Positions 27,801 to 35,067 of a stretch of 62,542 bases of DNA are shown in pieces. Every line of letters starts with the position of its first letter. Position 1 is the stretch's first letter. Origin of the DNA: an uncultured Clostridia bacterium (GTDB lineage: Bacteria; Bacillota; Clostridia; TANB77; CAG-508); NCBI GenBank assembly GCA_944392425.1, contig CALXWM010000003.1:1-62542 (forward strand), given 5' to 3'. The position numbers were made by a program, and so were the translations under genes. The notes beneath the pieces are model-generated. The model had not been told where the DNA came from, made no database searches, and saw nothing but the letters and a program-made list of their open reading frames with translations.

Positions 27801-30105
27801 TAACGAAGGCAGAATAGATGGATATGCAAAAGAAATAACAGACTATTTACCGGAAGGATTAGAATTAGTACCAGCATCAGAAAGTGATATAAATGCACAG
27901 TATGGCTGGACAGCAGAAGGACAAACAATAAAAACAACATACTTAGCAGACACATTAATACAAGGCACAGCAAATTCAACAAATGGCTTAGATTATGTAG
28001 ATGTGCAAGTAGAATGTAGAGTAGTAAGAAGAGCAAGCAATACAAATATTTCATTAAAGAATGTTGCAGAAATAACAAAACAAGAGGACATTTTGGGAGG
28101 AACAGAAGATGTTGATTCAACACCAAATAATCTAACGGATGATCAAAAAAATAACTACAACCCAGGAACATCAGAACAGGGAAAAGGCTATGAAGATGAT
28201 GATGACTATGAAGAACTAATAATGTTACCAACATATTTTGACTTATCACTTAGAAAGTTCATCACAGGAGTAAATGACAGAGAAGTAACAAATAGAGAAC
28301 CAGTAGTTGATACAAATCCATTATTAAATGGAGAAACAACAGCAAATTACAATCATACAAAAGTACCAGTAGAAGTACAAGCCGGAGATGAAGTAATTTA
28401 CACAATAAGAGTATATAATGAAGGAAAAGTAGATGGATATGTAGAAAAAATAGTAGACCATTTACCACCGGAATTAGAATTTTTACCAAATGATGAATTA
28501 AATCAGCAATATGGTTGGACACAGACAGATGAAAGAACAATAGAAACAGATTATTTAAGAAACACATTGCTTACAGCATTTAATGGTGGAACAGAATTAG
28601 ATTATGCAGAAATACAAATAAGATGTAGAGTAAAAGACACAGCAGAGTATTTAAAAGAAATAACAAATATAGCTGAAATAACAGAATACAGAAACGACTT
28701 AGATTTAATAGATAGAGATAATGAAAATAAAGTGGTATTACCATCAGATGAAGACTTACCAAATTACAGAGATGAAGAGATAGAAAGAGGAGACGAATAT
28801 ATACCAGGCCAAGAAGATGACGATGACTTTGAAAAGGTAATATTAAAACAATTTGATTTAGCATTAAGAAAATTCATCACAGGAGTAAATGACGAAGAAG
28901 TAACTAGCAGAATACCACAGGTAGATACAGGTCATTATGGTGAAACAGATGAAAATGGAAACATCATCACAAGCTTCACATACAATCACACAAAAGACCC
29001 AGTAAGAGTAGCAACACATGACATAGTAATCTACACAATAAGAATATATAATGAAGGACAAATATCAGGATATGCAGAAGAAATAAAAGATGACATACCA
29101 GAAGGACTAGTATTCTTACCGGAAAACGAAATTAACCAAGAATACAGATGGGTAATGTATGATGCAAATGAAAATGTTACAGAAAATGCAAACGAAGCAG
29201 TATATATAAGAACTGACTATTTATCAAAAGCTCAAGAAACTACAGAAGGGGAAAACTTAATACAAGATTATGATGCAGAAACAATGGAAACTCCAGACTA
29301 CAGAGATGTACAGGTAGCATTTAGAGTAACAGAACCAAACACATCAGACAGAATAATAATAAACAGTGCAGAAATAAGCGATGACGCAGACAAAAATGGA
29401 GATGAAGTAGAAGATATAGACTCTACACCAGATGAATGGATAGATGGCGAAGATGACCAAGACATAGAAAAAATATATGTAAAATATTTTGATTTAGCAT
29501 TAAGAAAATGGGTCAGTCAGGTTATACTAATAGAAGATGGACAAGAAAAAGTAAAAGACACAGGCCACTATGCAGAACAAGATCCAGAACCAGTAGTAAG
29601 AGTAGACTTAAATCAAAACAGAATAGATAATACAATAATAAAATTCAAATACCAAATAAGAATAACAAACGAAGGCGAAATAGCAGGTTATGCAACAGAA
29701 ATATCGGACTACATTCCACAAGGACTAGAATTTAACCAAGCAGATAATCCATTATGGCAAGAAGTGGACGGAAAAATAGTAACAGACCAATTAAAAGATA
29801 CTTTGTTACAACCTGGAGAAAGTGCAACAGTAGAAGTTATCCTAACTTGGATAAATGATGAAGAAAATATGGGAGTAATGATTAATATAGCAGAAATAAG
29901 CGAAGACGCAGACGAAAATGGAAATGAAGTAGAAGACATAGACTCTGTGCCAAATAATGAACAAGAAGGCGAAGACGACATTGATGACGCACCAGTAGCT
30001 TTAACAATGGTTACAGGTAGCGCACCATTATACATTGGACTAACCGCTGGAACACTTGCTATAATAGCCGGAGGAGTATTTCTAATAAAGAAATATGTAA
30101 TTTAA
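24850..30105 (+). CDS. Thioester-domain surface adhesin 2 (TED plus 4 SpaA/prealbumin-like repeats plus 4 DUF11-like repeats plus C-terminal TM anchor)
   Basis: GTG start after aaaggag. YCL with Cys75 (25072-25074) and EQVAIW with Gln173 (25366-25368). Four repeats of about 130 aa start G(S/A)YN(L/F)(E/K)I(L/I)K.D and contain ITEI(T/Q)(A/P)P(N/D)(G/E)Y. Downstream architecture matches adhesin 1. Confidence 0.7.
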   Translation: MKQKTIIGIIITVMFLFCGLSISNGETGSIYLGLKGKSTSRETGTYEFNHKAVFKIVKNNQGGTVENDDGTVIYCLKGGPGFGSESYDNSAVNYTQYFDIKNPDSITGAYRSQLPSDMTTYNELVWVLEHIYNPDNESMDQYLERVGILSGSKFRNGTIPTNEVKDIVEVIEQVAIWYFTNPDGEYHNQYTDALELEVDGQNLTDKYGLDLVDGEIDTIYSYFVEGAINAVTNEGYTYETNTVNPVALNSSLATAKIQENNYIIGPYTLEKNNDTSYTLSATVTNGTSDLSNVQILNQNMQEVTTGSTLGDKINSTIGNNFYISLPINTNVENVKLTISVSTQVTTPIMWTVGENELAINQPVVMIDTVNKNYSSSSEVTLPKPTGSYNLEILKQDASSKNPLVDAVFNISINNGESAPYKTNSNGIITIDGINITDITSNDTITITEITAPNGYVLNNTPITLTITKTLQNGKYVASSVSSNINGGLVENGSVKITTGSNGVNTVNIIINNSNITGAYNLKLVKKDRQGQNLLAKAVFSIRINNGEVQQYTTNKSGEININNIPISQITTSDTITITEITAPDGYVLNNTPITLTITKAENGGKYVVDTVRVNPNASNFIEQGSVSVSKDESGINTVNIALLNTKIEGSYNFKIIKEDMITGETLGGAIFGVKVNDQPETQVETDENGEISINDIAITNTTTPDIITIREIQPPDEYSSFEGTITLTIEKTENNGKYTVSNVNASLEDGTEYEDLEIVNDGGNITVQVTVPNEKIEGSYNLKIIKQDENDANKKLQGAVFNVNVERVLPDSIEDNSETSRTNNNYTTDANGEINITNPIYGEEEHYRLTITETTPPTGYDSTLTEPIIIDVYTAVQDEKYILGNVTASPKDTNWAFDEETNTITITITNKKKPFDLALRKYITSINDEKISPSREPQISEDEEQAVADENATFDDGTTAEKKHIKTPLIVQTGDIVRYTIRIYNEGRIDGYAKEITDYLPEGLELVPASESDINAQYGWTAEGQTIKTTYLADTLIQGTANSTNGLDYVDVQVECRVVRRASNTNISLKNVAEITKQEDILGGTEDVDSTPNNLTDDQKNNYNPGTSEQGKGYEDDDDYEELIMLPTYFDLSLRKFITGVNDREVTNREPVVDTNPLLNGETTANYNHTKVPVEVQAGDEVIYTIRVYNEGKVDGYVEKIVDHLPPELEFLPNDELNQQYGWTQTDERTIETDYLRNTLLTAFNGGTELDYAEIQIRCRVKDTAEYLKEITNIAEITEYRNDLDLIDRDNENKVVLPSDEDLPNYRDEEIERGDEYIPGQEDDDDFEKVILKQFDLALRKFITGVNDEEVTSRIPQVDTGHYGETDENGNIITSFTYNHTKDPVRVATHDIVIYTIRIYNEGQISGYAEEIKDDIPEGLVFLPENEINQEYRWVMYDANENVTENANEAVYIRTDYLSKAQETTEGENLIQDYDAETMETPDYRDVQVAFRVTEPNTSDRIIINSAEISDDADKNGDEVEDIDSTPDEWIDGEDDQDIEKIYVKYFDLALRKWVSQVILIEDGQEKVKDTGHYAEQDPEPVVRVDLNQNRIDNTIIKFKYQIRITNEGEIAGYATEISDYIPQGLEFNQADNPLWQEVDGKIVTDQLKDTLLQPGESATVEVILTWINDEENMGVMINIAEISEDADENGNEVEDIDSVPNNEQEGEDDIDDAPVALTMVTGSAPLYIGLTAGTLAIIAGGVFLIKKYVI

Positions 30106-30112
30106 TTTTGAA

Positions 30113-30199
30113 TTGTTGTCAAAAAGGACGCTGTCAATATGGACGACCATTTTTGACACAAAACAGTGTAGAAGAGGAGCGTCCCCATTGACAACACAA
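30113..30199 (+). other. Imperfect long inverted repeat downstream of adhesin 2 (diverged counterpart of 24616-24712)
   Basis: ttgttgtcaaaaaggacgct (30113-30132) versus gagcgtccccattgacaacacaa (30177-30199). Three GGACG-containing units. No clear T run. Confidence 0.4.
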
Positions 30200-30224
30200 A
30201 TTTTAAAGAAAGGAAAAGTGAATT

Positions 30225-31202
30225 ATGAATCAAATACTTTCAATGCAACAATCACAAATGTCAGGGCAAAAACTACCTAAACAAAAAAAACCTAAAAAGG
30301 AAAAACAAATAAATTATGGCAGACCTAGTGATAAAGCAAATATAGTATCAATAGTTAGAGTATTTTGCGTACTTATAATTCTATTTGGGCTAGTACTAGT
30401 AGGAGATGCAACTTATGGAATTATGAACTCAAGACCTAAATTGAGGGATAATGTAAATGTAACAGCAAATGCAATAGGCTCTAATGTTACAATTAATGCA
30501 GTAGGAAGCATGCCAATACAAAGTTTAACTTATAGATGGAATCAAGGAGAAGAGACGGTTGTACAAGGAAATGGTACAGTAGAACTAGAAGCAGTTGTAC
30601 AAATACCAACAGGAAATAATATATTAAATATGTCTGTAATTGATTACTATGGAAATAAATCAGAATTCCAAAAACAATATATTAACGAGCAAGATGATAG
30701 TTCTAAACCAACAATAGAAATAAGTGTATCAGGCAATATGCTAAATATTACTGCAACAGATGAAACTGAAATGTCATATTTAACATACAGCTGGAACAAC
30801 GGAACACCTACAAGAGTTGACATGGATACAACTCTAACAGACAAAACAGTATTAAGAACTAGTGTAGAAGTACAAAAAGGAGAAAATACTCTATCAATAG
30901 TAGCAGTAGATATAGATGGAAATACCAATACAAGAACAGAAAAAATAAAAGGAGCTAATAAACCTACATTTACAGTAACTGCAGATGGTACAAACTTGGT
31001 TATAAAGGCTCAAGATGAAGATGGAATTAGCAAAGTTGAAATTACTGTAGATGGTATAACATCAGATACAGGAGATGAACCATTAAACTTAAAAGAATTA
31101 ACAGCAACCCAAGCTATAACACCGGGTGAGCATACTGTAACAATAACCGTAACTAACATAAATGGATTGTCAGAAGAACAATCATTTACAGTAACACTAT
31201 AA
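30225..31202 (+). CDS. Membrane-anchored protein with three Ig-like repeats of about 90 aa
   Basis: Lys-rich cytoplasmic N-terminus and a TM (VRVFCVLIILFGLVLVG). Three similar modules (e.g. LTYRWNQGEE...LNMSVIDYYGN, LTYSWNNGTP...LSIVAVDIDGN, VEITVDGITS...VTITVTNINGL). Confidence 0.6.
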   Translation: MNQILSMQQSQMSGQKLPKQKKPKKEKQINYGRPSDKANIVSIVRVFCVLIILFGLVLVGDATYGIMNSRPKLRDNVNVTANAIGSNVTINAVGSMPIQSLTYRWNQGEETVVQGNGTVELEAVVQIPTGNNILNMSVIDYYGNKSEFQKQYINEQDDSSKPTIEISVSGNMLNITATDETEMSYLTYSWNNGTPTRVDMDTTLTDKTVLRTSVEVQKGENTLSIVAVDIDGNTNTRTEKIKGANKPTFTVTADGTNLVIKAQDEDGISKVEITVDGITSDTGDEPLNLKELTATQAITPGEHTVTITVTNINGLSEEQSFTVTL

Positions 31203-31296
31203 AAATAAGAAAGTATGTAAAGTTAAAAAATATTGCAATTGAAAAAATGTTATGATAATATAAGAAAAATTAATAGATATCTGAAAGGATAAAACT

Positions 31297-32268
31297 ATGA
31301 AAAAGATATATTTAATAGATGAAGATAAAGGAGAAAAGCTATCTAAAAATTTGATAAGCGTAATGAAAAAAGAGCAAAATGTTGAGATAGTGAATGTGAA
31401 TTTAAAAGAAATAAAAGAAAAATTTAAAACTATACCGGATATTTGTATAATTAATGAAGATAGCATAAATTCGGATATTAAAGTTATATTTCAAAGTATT
31501 AAAGATGCTCAGCAAAATGCAAATATACCTTTGATTGTTTTAACACCATCAGAAGACGAAGAACATATTATTGACATATTAAAAAATGATGTAGAAATAT
31601 GTTTGAAATATCCTTTGAATTGTGACATTTTGTATTATACAATTATGAATTTAATAAAACTTTTAAATAGAAATAGAACAGTAAGCCCTTTAACAGGGCT
31701 TCCTGGAAATAGCCAAATTCAATCAGAAATGCAAGAACGATTGGATAAAGGCGAAAAATATGCTATGATGTACATTGATTTGGATAATTTCAAAGCATAT
31801 AATGATACATATGGATTTTCTAACGGAGATGAAATAATTAAACTTACAGCAAACATTATTACAAAAAATGTACTAAAGAAGGGTAGAAACGAAAGAAATT
31901 TTGTTGGTCATATTGGAGGAGATGATTTTGTAGCACTAGTTGAAGATGAGGACTACGAAACAATTTGTCAGAATATAATTGCTGAATTTGATAAAAGCAT
32001 ACTAAAATATTTTACTAAAGAAGATATAGACAGAGGATACTTAGAAGTTGAAAATAGAAAGGGAATAATTGAGCCATTTCCACTTACAACAATAAGCATA
32101 GGCGTGGTGGAAGTTACAAATGAAAGGTTTAAAAATACATTAGAAATAGGAGAAGCAGGAGCTGCCGTAAAGCACTTGGCAAAAACAATTTGGGGTAGCA
32201 CATATGTTATAGATAGAAGAAAAAATAGGGAAGAGATTTTTGATAAAGCAGCGCAAAAGAAAATATAA
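31297..32268 (+). CDS. Receiver-like domain fused to a GGDEF-family cyclase domain with GGDDF motif
   Basis: N-terminal REC-like fold (YLIDED..., IPLIVLTPS, KYP). C-terminal LTGLPGN...YIDLDNFKAYND..GDE...HIGGDDFV. The signature GGDDF is at 31915-31929. Confidence 0.75.
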   Translation: MKKIYLIDEDKGEKLSKNLISVMKKEQNVEIVNVNLKEIKEKFKTIPDICIINEDSINSDIKVIFQSIKDAQQNANIPLIVLTPSEDEEHIIDILKNDVEICLKYPLNCDILYYTIMNLIKLLNRNRTVSPLTGLPGNSQIQSEMQERLDKGEKYAMMYIDLDNFKAYNDTYGFSNGDEIIKLTANIITKNVLKKGRNERNFVGHIGGDDFVALVEDEDYETICQNIIAEFDKSILKYFTKEDIDRGYLEVENRKGIIEPFPLTTISIGVVEVTNERFKNTLEIGEAGAAVKHLAKTIWGSTYVIDRRKNREEIFDKAAQKKI

Positions 32269-32279
32269 GTAAAAATGCA

Positions 32280-32489
32280 GTTATAATTCACAGCTTAATT
32301 TTTATTACTTAAGCTCCAATATACATTCCTCCGCGTTTACTTCGCGGTTCGCTTACGCTCAGCGCTCGCACGCTCAGACTGCGCTTCTATGATAAAGACT
32401 TTAGTATATCGCGACTTAAGTCAGCTCCGCTCGCTAAAAGCTCTAGAATATATATTGGAGCTTTTGAAAAAATAAACTGTGAATTGTAT
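32280..32489. repeat. Composite element: MITE/REP-like palindrome (copy C) carrying the GC-rich core repeat (copy 2, inverted)
   Basis: TIRs gttataattcacagc (32280-32294) and ctgtgaattgtat (32477-32489). Inner arms aagctccaatata.../...tatattggagctt flank a GC-rich insert (about 32330-32440). That insert is the reverse complement of the 17054-17120 core plus about 45 extra nt. Confidence 0.75.
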
Positions 32490-32530
32490 TACAAAATGCA
32501 AAACTTTTTTAAAAAATTTTAAAAAAGCTA

Positions 32531-32559
32531 TTGCATTTTTTTTGGCATTGTATTACAAT
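32531..32559 (+). promoter_or_regulatory. Candidate sigma-A promoter of the dcw operon (Pmra)
   Basis: TTGCAT (32531-32536), 17 nt, TACAAT (32554-32559). Confidence 0.6.
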
Positions 32560-32566
32560 TTTATTG

Positions 32567-32601
32567 AAGTGGAGAAAAGTGGTGCAAAGTGCCACGAAGT
32601 G
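32567..32601 (+). promoter_or_regulatory. Putative MraZ operator: four AAGTG direct repeats at exact 10-bp spacing
   Basis: AAGTG at 32567, 32577, 32587 and 32597, between the candidate -10 and the mraZ start. MraZ proteins are known to bind phased direct repeats upstream of their own operon. Confidence 0.55.
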
Positions 32602-32620
32602 AAAAGGATGTGAGTAAAAG

Positions 32621-33061
32621 TTGTTAATAGGGGAATATGAACATTCTCTAGATGCAAAAGGCAGATTGATAATGCCAGCAAAAATAAGAGAAGATCTAGG
32701 AGAAAAATTCATAATTACCAAAGGCCTAGACGGCTGTCTATTTGGCTTTTCAAAAAATGAATGGAACAACTTTGAAGAAAAGTTAAAAACACTTCCACTT
32801 ACAAACAAAAATGCTAGAGATTTTGTAAGATTTTTCTTATCAGGAGCTACAGAATGCGAAATTGATAAGCAAGGAAGATTTCTTATAGCTAGCAATTTAA
32901 GAGAATATGCAGATTTAGAAAAAGAAGCAGTAATAACTGGGGTTGGTACTAGAATTGAAATTTGGAACAAAGATAAATGGAAGGTATACAATAGTGAAGA
33001 AAATTTATCAGCTGACCAAATTGCAGAAAACATGGCAAACCTTGGAATGCTTGGTATATAA
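32621..33061 (+). CDS. mraZ: Transcriptional regulator MraZ
   Basis: TTG start. [24 protein letters not shown] and the second DxxGR repeat ([16 protein letters not shown]) are typical of the duplicated SpoVT/AbrB-like MraZ fold. Confidence 0.93.
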   Translation: MLIGEYEHSLDAKGRLIMPAKIREDLGEKFIITKGLDGCLFGFSKNEWNNFEEKLKTLPLTNKNARDFVRFFLSGATECEIDKQGRFLIASNLREYADLEKEAVITGVGTRIEIWNKDKWKVYNSEENLSADQIAENMANLGMLGI

Positions 33062-33085
33062 TCCTACTAAGGTTTATATAAATTT

Positions 33086-33415
33086 TACAAAAGATTATAA
33101 TTAACATAAGAAAAAAGCTAAAGTACAAAAGATAAAACAAACGCAAAAGACAAAATTATAAACAACACTAAAGATAAAAATACAGAAGTTATAACAAAAG
33201 ATAAACAAGCTAAACTTTCCGTACAAAAGAAGCTAACAAAAGATAATCAATCTCCTTTCCTTTCAAAATATATAGAAGGAAGCTTAAACTAAAGATAATT
33301 TTAACAAAAGAAAAGAGCCAAATATAACAAAAGATAATTAAATCAAGTACAAGAGCAACAGTTGGCTATTTATAGCCAACTGCTTGTACTACTTAATAAT
33401 AAAGATAAAATGTGG
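33086..33415. repeat. Degenerate array of at least 10 (A/T)ACAAAAGATAA-like motifs plus a strong hairpin in the mraZ-rsmH spacer
   Basis: Examples: acaaaagatta, acaaaagataaa (three times), actaaagataa (twice), acaaaagaagc, acaaaagaaaa. Hairpin at 33346-33390: 8-bp outer stem plus 10-bp inner perfect stem cagttggcta/tagccaactg. Confidence 0.6.
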
Positions 33416-33454
33416 CTAATAATATAGATACTTTAGCAAATAAGGAGTAAATAA

Positions 33455-34396
33455 TTGGAATTTAAACATATACCAGTTCTATTAAATGAAACTATCACAG
33501 GATTAAACATAAAAACTGACGGAATTTATGTAGATGGAACAATTGGAGGAGCTGGACATAGTAAAAAAATAATAGAAAAGTTATCAGAAAAAGGTTTCTT
33601 AATAGGAATAGATAGAGACGAAGAAGCACTGAAAACAGCTAGAGATAATCTAAAAGAATATAAAAATTTTAAATTGATACATGGAAACCATGATGATATT
33701 AAAAAAATATTAGAAGAAATAGGTATAGAAAAAGTTGATGGCATATTGCTTGATTTAGGAGTTTCATCATATCAACTAGACGAAAAAAATAGAGGCTTTA
33801 GTTATATTAGTGATAATAAACTAGACATGAGGATGGATAAAAGTCAAAAACTATCTGCTTATGATATTGTTAATATGTATAAAGAAGAAAAACTTGCAGA
33901 TATAATATATAAATATGGAGAAGAAAGATACTCGAGAAGAATTGCAAAAAATATTTGTATAGCAAGGCAAAATAAACCAATAGAGACAACAAAAGAACTA
34001 GCAGATATAGTTCAAAAATCAGTACCATCTAGCAAAGAAGGACATCCTGCAAAAAGAACATTTCAAGCAATTAGAATAGAAGTCAATAATGAAATAGAAC
34101 CACTATATAATACTGTAATGGATTGTATAAATTTATTAAAAACAGGTGGAAGGCTATGCATTATAACATTTCATTCATTAGAAGATAGAGCAGTAAAGGA
34201 AGCTTTTAAAGACGCAGAAGGAACATGTACATGTCCAAAAGATTTGCCATATTGCGTTTGTGGAAGTAAAACACTTGGAAAAATAATAAATAAAAAACCA
34301 ATAGAGGCAGATAAAAAAGAATTAGAAATAAATTCAAGAGCTAAGAGTGCTAAATTAAGAATATTTGAAAGAAGAGAAAGTGCTAATCATAAATAA
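33455..34396 (+). CDS. rsmH: 16S rRNA (cytosine1402-N4)-methyltransferase RsmH/MraW
   Basis: TTG start after aaggag. HIPVLLNE, DGTIGGAGHS, DLGVSSYQLD and ITFHSLEDR motifs. Confidence 0.95.
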   Translation: MEFKHIPVLLNETITGLNIKTDGIYVDGTIGGAGHSKKIIEKLSEKGFLIGIDRDEEALKTARDNLKEYKNFKLIHGNHDDIKKILEEIGIEKVDGILLDLGVSSYQLDEKNRGFSYISDNKLDMRMDKSQKLSAYDIVNMYKEEKLADIIYKYGEERYSRRIAKNICIARQNKPIETTKELADIVQKSVPSSKEGHPAKRTFQAIRIEVNNEIEPLYNTVMDCINLLKTGGRLCIITFHSLEDRAVKEAFKDAEGTCTCPKDLPYCVCGSKTLGKIINKKPIEADKKELEINSRAKSAKLRIFERRESANHK

Positions 34397-34482
34397 TTAC
34401 TAAATTAAAAAGTTCTAATTGTAAAATTTTTAAAGTAAAAAGATTTTAAATATAAAAACCAAAAGAAAAGAGGTGATAACTT

Positions 34483-34971
34483 ATGATAGACTATTATGAA
34501 TATGAAACTAGTCCTAGAAAAATTGAACCAGACTATGAAAGACCAAGAACAAAGAAAACGGCAACTCAAAAAAAGTCTAAAAAAGTTCAAAATAAGGCAA
34601 TTAAAGAATCTAGGAAAACAGCTAAATACATAATAGAAATAGCTATTGCATTTGCAGTACTATTAACCATAAGCTATCGATACTCATTAATAAATACGAG
34701 ATTTTCTGAAAAAGAAAATTTAAAATCACAACTTGCAGATATACAAAAGCAGAATGCCCAATTGCAATTAAGTATTGAAACTGGAACGAACATAAATAAC
34801 ATAGAGCAACAAGCAAAAGAAAAATTAGGAATGAAAAAACTAGATAATAATCAAAAAGTATATGTGAGCTTACCTAAAGAAGACTACGTAGAGTCAAGTA
34901 CAGAACAAGTTGAAACTGGTGAAGATGAAACTTGGTGGCAAGCTTTAATAAATGATTTATTTGGAAAATAA
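34483..34971 (+). CDS. ftsL: Cell division protein FtsL-like (septum formation initiator family)
   Basis: Basic N-terminus, a single TM (IIEIAIAFAVLLTISY), then coiled coil (LKSQLADIQKQNAQLQLSIE). Canonical position between rsmH and the PBP gene. Confidence 0.75.
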   Translation: MIDYYEYETSPRKIEPDYERPRTKKTATQKKSKKVQNKAIKESRKTAKYIIEIAIAFAVLLTISYRYSLINTRFSEKENLKSQLADIQKQNAQLQLSIETGTNINNIEQQAKEKLGMKKLDNNQKVYVSLPKEDYVESSTEQVETGEDETWWQALINDLFGK

Positions 34972-34993
34972 AGACCTTTTAAGGTCTTTTTTT
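34971..34993 (+). terminator. Rho-independent terminator/attenuator after ftsL
   Basis: aagacc / ggtctt stem followed by T7. Overlaps the ftsL stop codon. Confidence 0.55.
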
Positions 34994-34998
34994 CTTTT

Positions 34999-35060
34999 CC
35001 TTTTCATAAATTTATATAAGCAATGCTATTGTATAACCTTTATATAAATTTATGAAAAGG
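34999..35060 (+). promoter_or_regulatory. Perfect 20-bp inverted repeat whose 3' arm overlaps the PBP gene SD
   Basis: ccttttcataaatttatata (34999-35018) and tatataaatttatgaaaagg (35041-35060) are exact reverse complements, with a 22-nt loop. The SD aaggag spans 35058-35063 and the ATG is at 35068. Confidence 0.6.
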
Positions 35061-35067
35061 AGACGTT

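Noticed and set aside
26010-28864. Series of minus-strand ORFs (175, 245, 181, 101 and 94 aa) within adhesin 2.
   Set aside because: They are antisense to the repetitive adhesin coding sequence. The repeats merely propagate open antisense frames, and no start context is present.
33086-33415. Possible CRISPR array or coding repeat in the mraZ-rsmH spacer.
   Set aside because: The repeat units are only about 11 nt, degenerate and irregularly spaced, and no cas genes are present. The longest open frame (33122-33292) lacks any ATG, GTG or TTG start.
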